Below the pieces are notes generated by a model. That model worked only from the letters and a program-made list of their open reading frames with translations, did no database searches and had not been told where the DNA came from. Position numbers and translations under genes: made by a program. From an uncultured Verrucomicrobiae bacterium (GTDB taxonomy: Bacteria; Verrucomicrobiota; Verrucomicrobiia; Chthoniobacterales; Terrimicrobiaceae), in assembly GCA_963706955.1 (NCBI GenBank), contig CAVPOC010000015.1, positions 35,700 to 99,699 on the forward strand: 64,000 nucleotides of DNA. Reading direction: 5' to 3'. Below, piece after piece: positions 61,241 through 64,000 of this stretch. How positions within the stretch are numbered: position 1 is the first letter of the stretch; each line of letters opens with the position of its first letter.

Positions 61241-63153
61241 ATGTGCGGCATTGTCGGACACCTTAACTTCGCCCCCGTCGCACCTGTGGACCGCGAGACG
61301 ATCGTTCGAATGGCCCGGTCTATCAGCCATCGGGGGCCGGACGACGAGGGCTATTATTTCGATGGGAATCTCGGGCTCGGGTTCCGGCGGCTTTCGATTA
61401 TCGACCTCTCGGGGGGGCACCAGCCGATGTCCGATGCTGCGGAGTCCGTGTGGGTCGTGTTCAACGGCGAGATCTACAATTACCTCGAGCTCCGCGCCGA
61501 GTTGGAGCAGTGCGGCCATCAATTTCGGACCCGCTCGGATACCGAGGTGATCATCCACGGTTACCGGGAATGGGGCACGGACGTGCTCAAACGGCTCAAC
61601 GGCATGTTTGGTCTCGCCATCTGGGATGTGCGCCGGCGGCGTCTGGTCGTGGCCCGCGATGCCATGGGCATCAAGCTTGTCTATTATCATGACTCGCAGG
61701 GACACCTGACCTTCGGTTCCGAGATACGGGCGGTGTTGGCCGCGGGAGAAATTGCCCCGGAGGTGGACCCGGTCGCGCTCAATCAGTTCCTGCGCTTCCG
61801 CTACGTGCCGTCACCGCTCACCATGTTCCAGGGCATCCGGAAACTGGCGCCCGGAACCATGCTGGTTGTCGAGGATGGCTGCTGCCGAGAGGAACGGTGG
61901 TACAATTACACCCCGGTCCCGTTCGATGGGCCGCGTGAGGACGAGGAGGCTGTCCGCGAGCTGTTGGATCTTTACCGCGGTGCTGTGAAGCGTCACCTGC
62001 TGAGTGACGTGCCGGTCGGTCTTCTGCTGAGTGGCGGGCTCGATTCCGGCCTGCTGCTCGCCCTCATGAACGAGCATGGTCGGGAGTGGCCGGTGTATAC
62101 TGTGGGTTACGGAGAGGAATTTGAGGACGACGAATTGTCGGACGCAGCCCAAACGGCGCGCCTGTTGGGGGCGAAGTTCACCCCGGTCAAGCTGGATCGC
62201 GCGGAGTATGAACGCTCGTTCGAACGGATCGTGGAGGCGCTCGAGGAACCGGTGACGTCCTCCTCGATTGTGCCGATGTATTTTGTCTGTCAGCGCGCGC
62301 GGCAGGACGTGAAGGTGGCCCTGATTGGCCAGGGTCCGGACGAACTGTTTGCCGGCTACACACGGCATCTCGGTGTGCGCTACGGGGGCCTGTGGCGCGG
62401 GTTGCCGTCGCCCCTGCGTTCGTTTGTTGCTACCGCGGTGTCAGCGTTGCCGCGGAATGAGGCCTTGAAGCGGGGCGTTCACTCACTCGGAACCAGTGAC
62501 CGGTTACAGCGCTATCACGATGTGTTTTCTCTTGCGCCGTTATCGGGCATTGACGCCCTGTTCAGGCGGGACGTGTTGCCCTCCGGGAACGGACACGCGA
62601 CCGTGGGGTATTGGCGCGAACTCGAGCCGCAGATGCGGCACCTCGATGAGCTGGGGGGCTTTCAATTGCTTGAGCTGCGTTCCTCGCTGCCCGACGAGTT
62701 GTTGATGTTCGGCGACAAGATTTCCATGGCGCACAGTCTCGAGGTCCGCGTGCCCTACCTTGACCGAACGGTCGTGGAATTCGCCCAGCGTTTGGGCGCG
62801 GGGTTGATGATTCGGAACGGGGAACGGAAGTGGATTCACCGCCGTGTCTGTCGTGCGTACCTGCCCCCGGAGATTTTGAGACGCAAGAAGCGCGGCTTTG
62901 CTGTGAACGTGGTCGACGGTTGGTTTCATTCGTCTGTCGAGGGCGCGTTTGCCGGAGTTGCTGCGAGACCGGCAGTCGCTGATGTATCGTTTCCTGGAGC
63001 CGACCGCAGTGGAAAGCTTGCTGGATGAACACCGCTCGGGCATGCTAGGACAATCACAAGCTCCTGTTCAGCCTCGCCATGGTCGAGCAATGGCTGCGCC
63101 TCCAGCGCTTCGGCAGCGAATTCTCTCAGATTAGCTCCGCTTCGTTAATTTGA
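61241..63153 (+). CDS. asnB: Asparagine synthase (glutamine-hydrolysing) family amidotransferase; C-terminal frameshifts at ~62945 and ~63050
   Basis: N-terminal MCG, HRGPD, RLSIID, NGEIYN, LSGGLDS, E.RVPYLD and R.K.GF motifs. Confidence 0.9.
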
Positions 63154-63206
63154 AGCCGTTCCTCTGCGGCTCATTGCACATTTTTATGACGAACCTATGA
63201 CATCTC

Positions 63207-64000
63207 CTTCAGCATCAGTCAGTGGCATTTATTGGAAAGAGCCTGATTAGACGGCCGAACCCGCCAAGTAGATGCGTTGACGTCGCCAAACGAAACACGT
63301 CATTGATCGTGGACCGGTCACGGTCGCAGGTCTCGAAGACGACTGGTATGAAGATGTTCATCGATCCCTAGCCGCTCATCAAGGCTAAAGCGGTTACCAT
63401 GGCTTCAGGGCCAGATGTTTTTACTTCTACAACGTGCCAAGACCTTTCAGCCCAGGTATGTTCCATCTAGAATTTCAGCCCGTTCCAGCTCTCGCTATCA
63501 CGACTTACGACCACTGGTGGAGCAAGCAAGTCAAAGGAACAACGCGCAATATGGACCGGAAGAGCCGAAGGGCTGGCGTTCAAACAAGAGAGGTAGCGTA
63601 TGACGACGAGTTTTTCGGGGCATGGTTAAGATTTTCAGCAGTCACCTATGCGTCAGGCCCAACGCTTTTGGCATTACGGAAAAGATCGAAGCCGTCAAAG
63701 AGCAGTTCTCACGGTTGGACATATTTCGTGAAGAAAATGATTGGCGCCTACTATCAAGGAGAGCTGATCGGGTTTCTGATATTGTTCGGTGATTCGGGAC
63801 ATTTTTGGGGTGGTGGGGCAGATCATTTCGATGCTCGAACATGAGGTAGAGCGACGAATAATACTCTGTTGGCTGAAGACGGTCAAAATCCGAGAGGAAG
63901 AAATTGCCTTATCTTGTATACGGTTATTGGTGCGACTCCTCATTAGTCGATTTCAGCGCTATTCTGGGTTCCAGGAGAGCACGATGCCGCGCTACTTTGT
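63207..64000 (+). pseudogene. Degraded or low-quality GNAT-like gene running off the window
   Basis: Fragments (ALAITTYDHWW.KQV...TRN...KS..AGV..REV.YDDEF; IGAYYQGELIGF) in shifting frames; very error-rich. Confidence 0.45.

Noticed and set aside
1..64000. CRISPR arrays, tRNA/rRNA, transposases, integrases, prophage or defence genes
   Set aside because: No regularly spaced repeats, cloverleaf or rRNA signatures, or corresponding protein motifs were found by eye; short elements could have been missed.

Overview
Bacterial genomic window. A Verrucomicrobia origin (Chthoniobacterales/Spartobacteria-like) is inferred from the Minf_1886-family gene, DUF1844 and the gene order. Bases 1-35 kb are mostly core genome: rsmA, sppA, thiL, corA, upp, thuA/oxidoreductases/AraC, a Na+/H+ antiporter, a fused AhbAB-like protein, rpmE-prfA-prmC-murA, rodA, an M16 peptidase operon, an L,D-transpeptidase, and rpmH-rnpA-yidD-yidC-jag-DD-carboxypeptidase-UvrD. 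Bases 35-40 kb are a regulatory block: ECF sigma, a small protein, a GAF + S8 protease pair, two stand-alone LytTR genes and an ops-like motif. Bases 40-64 kb are a large surface-polysaccharide locus that runs off the window. It has a priming sugar transferase, a Wzc-like protein, two copies of an oxidoreductase/acetyltransferase/aminotransferase triad, GT4, GT2, three deacetylase-like proteins, GNAT/FemAB proteins and an AsnB amidotransferase. The strongest candidate for an undescribed system is inside this locus: a DltC-like carrier protein plus a class II aminoacyl-tRNA-synthetase-like amino acid:carrier ligase plus a GNAT, suggesting tRNA-independent aminoacylation of a glycan. Other highlights are an alkaline-phosphatase-fold protein that has lost its catalytic residues, with a possible structured RNA upstream, and the GAF-S8-ECF module. 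The 40-64 kb part carries more than 20 small frameshifts that look like long-read consensus errors, so gene boundaries there are hand-reconstructed. No rRNA, tRNA, CRISPR array or transposase was seen. All family calls come from motif recognition, not database searches.
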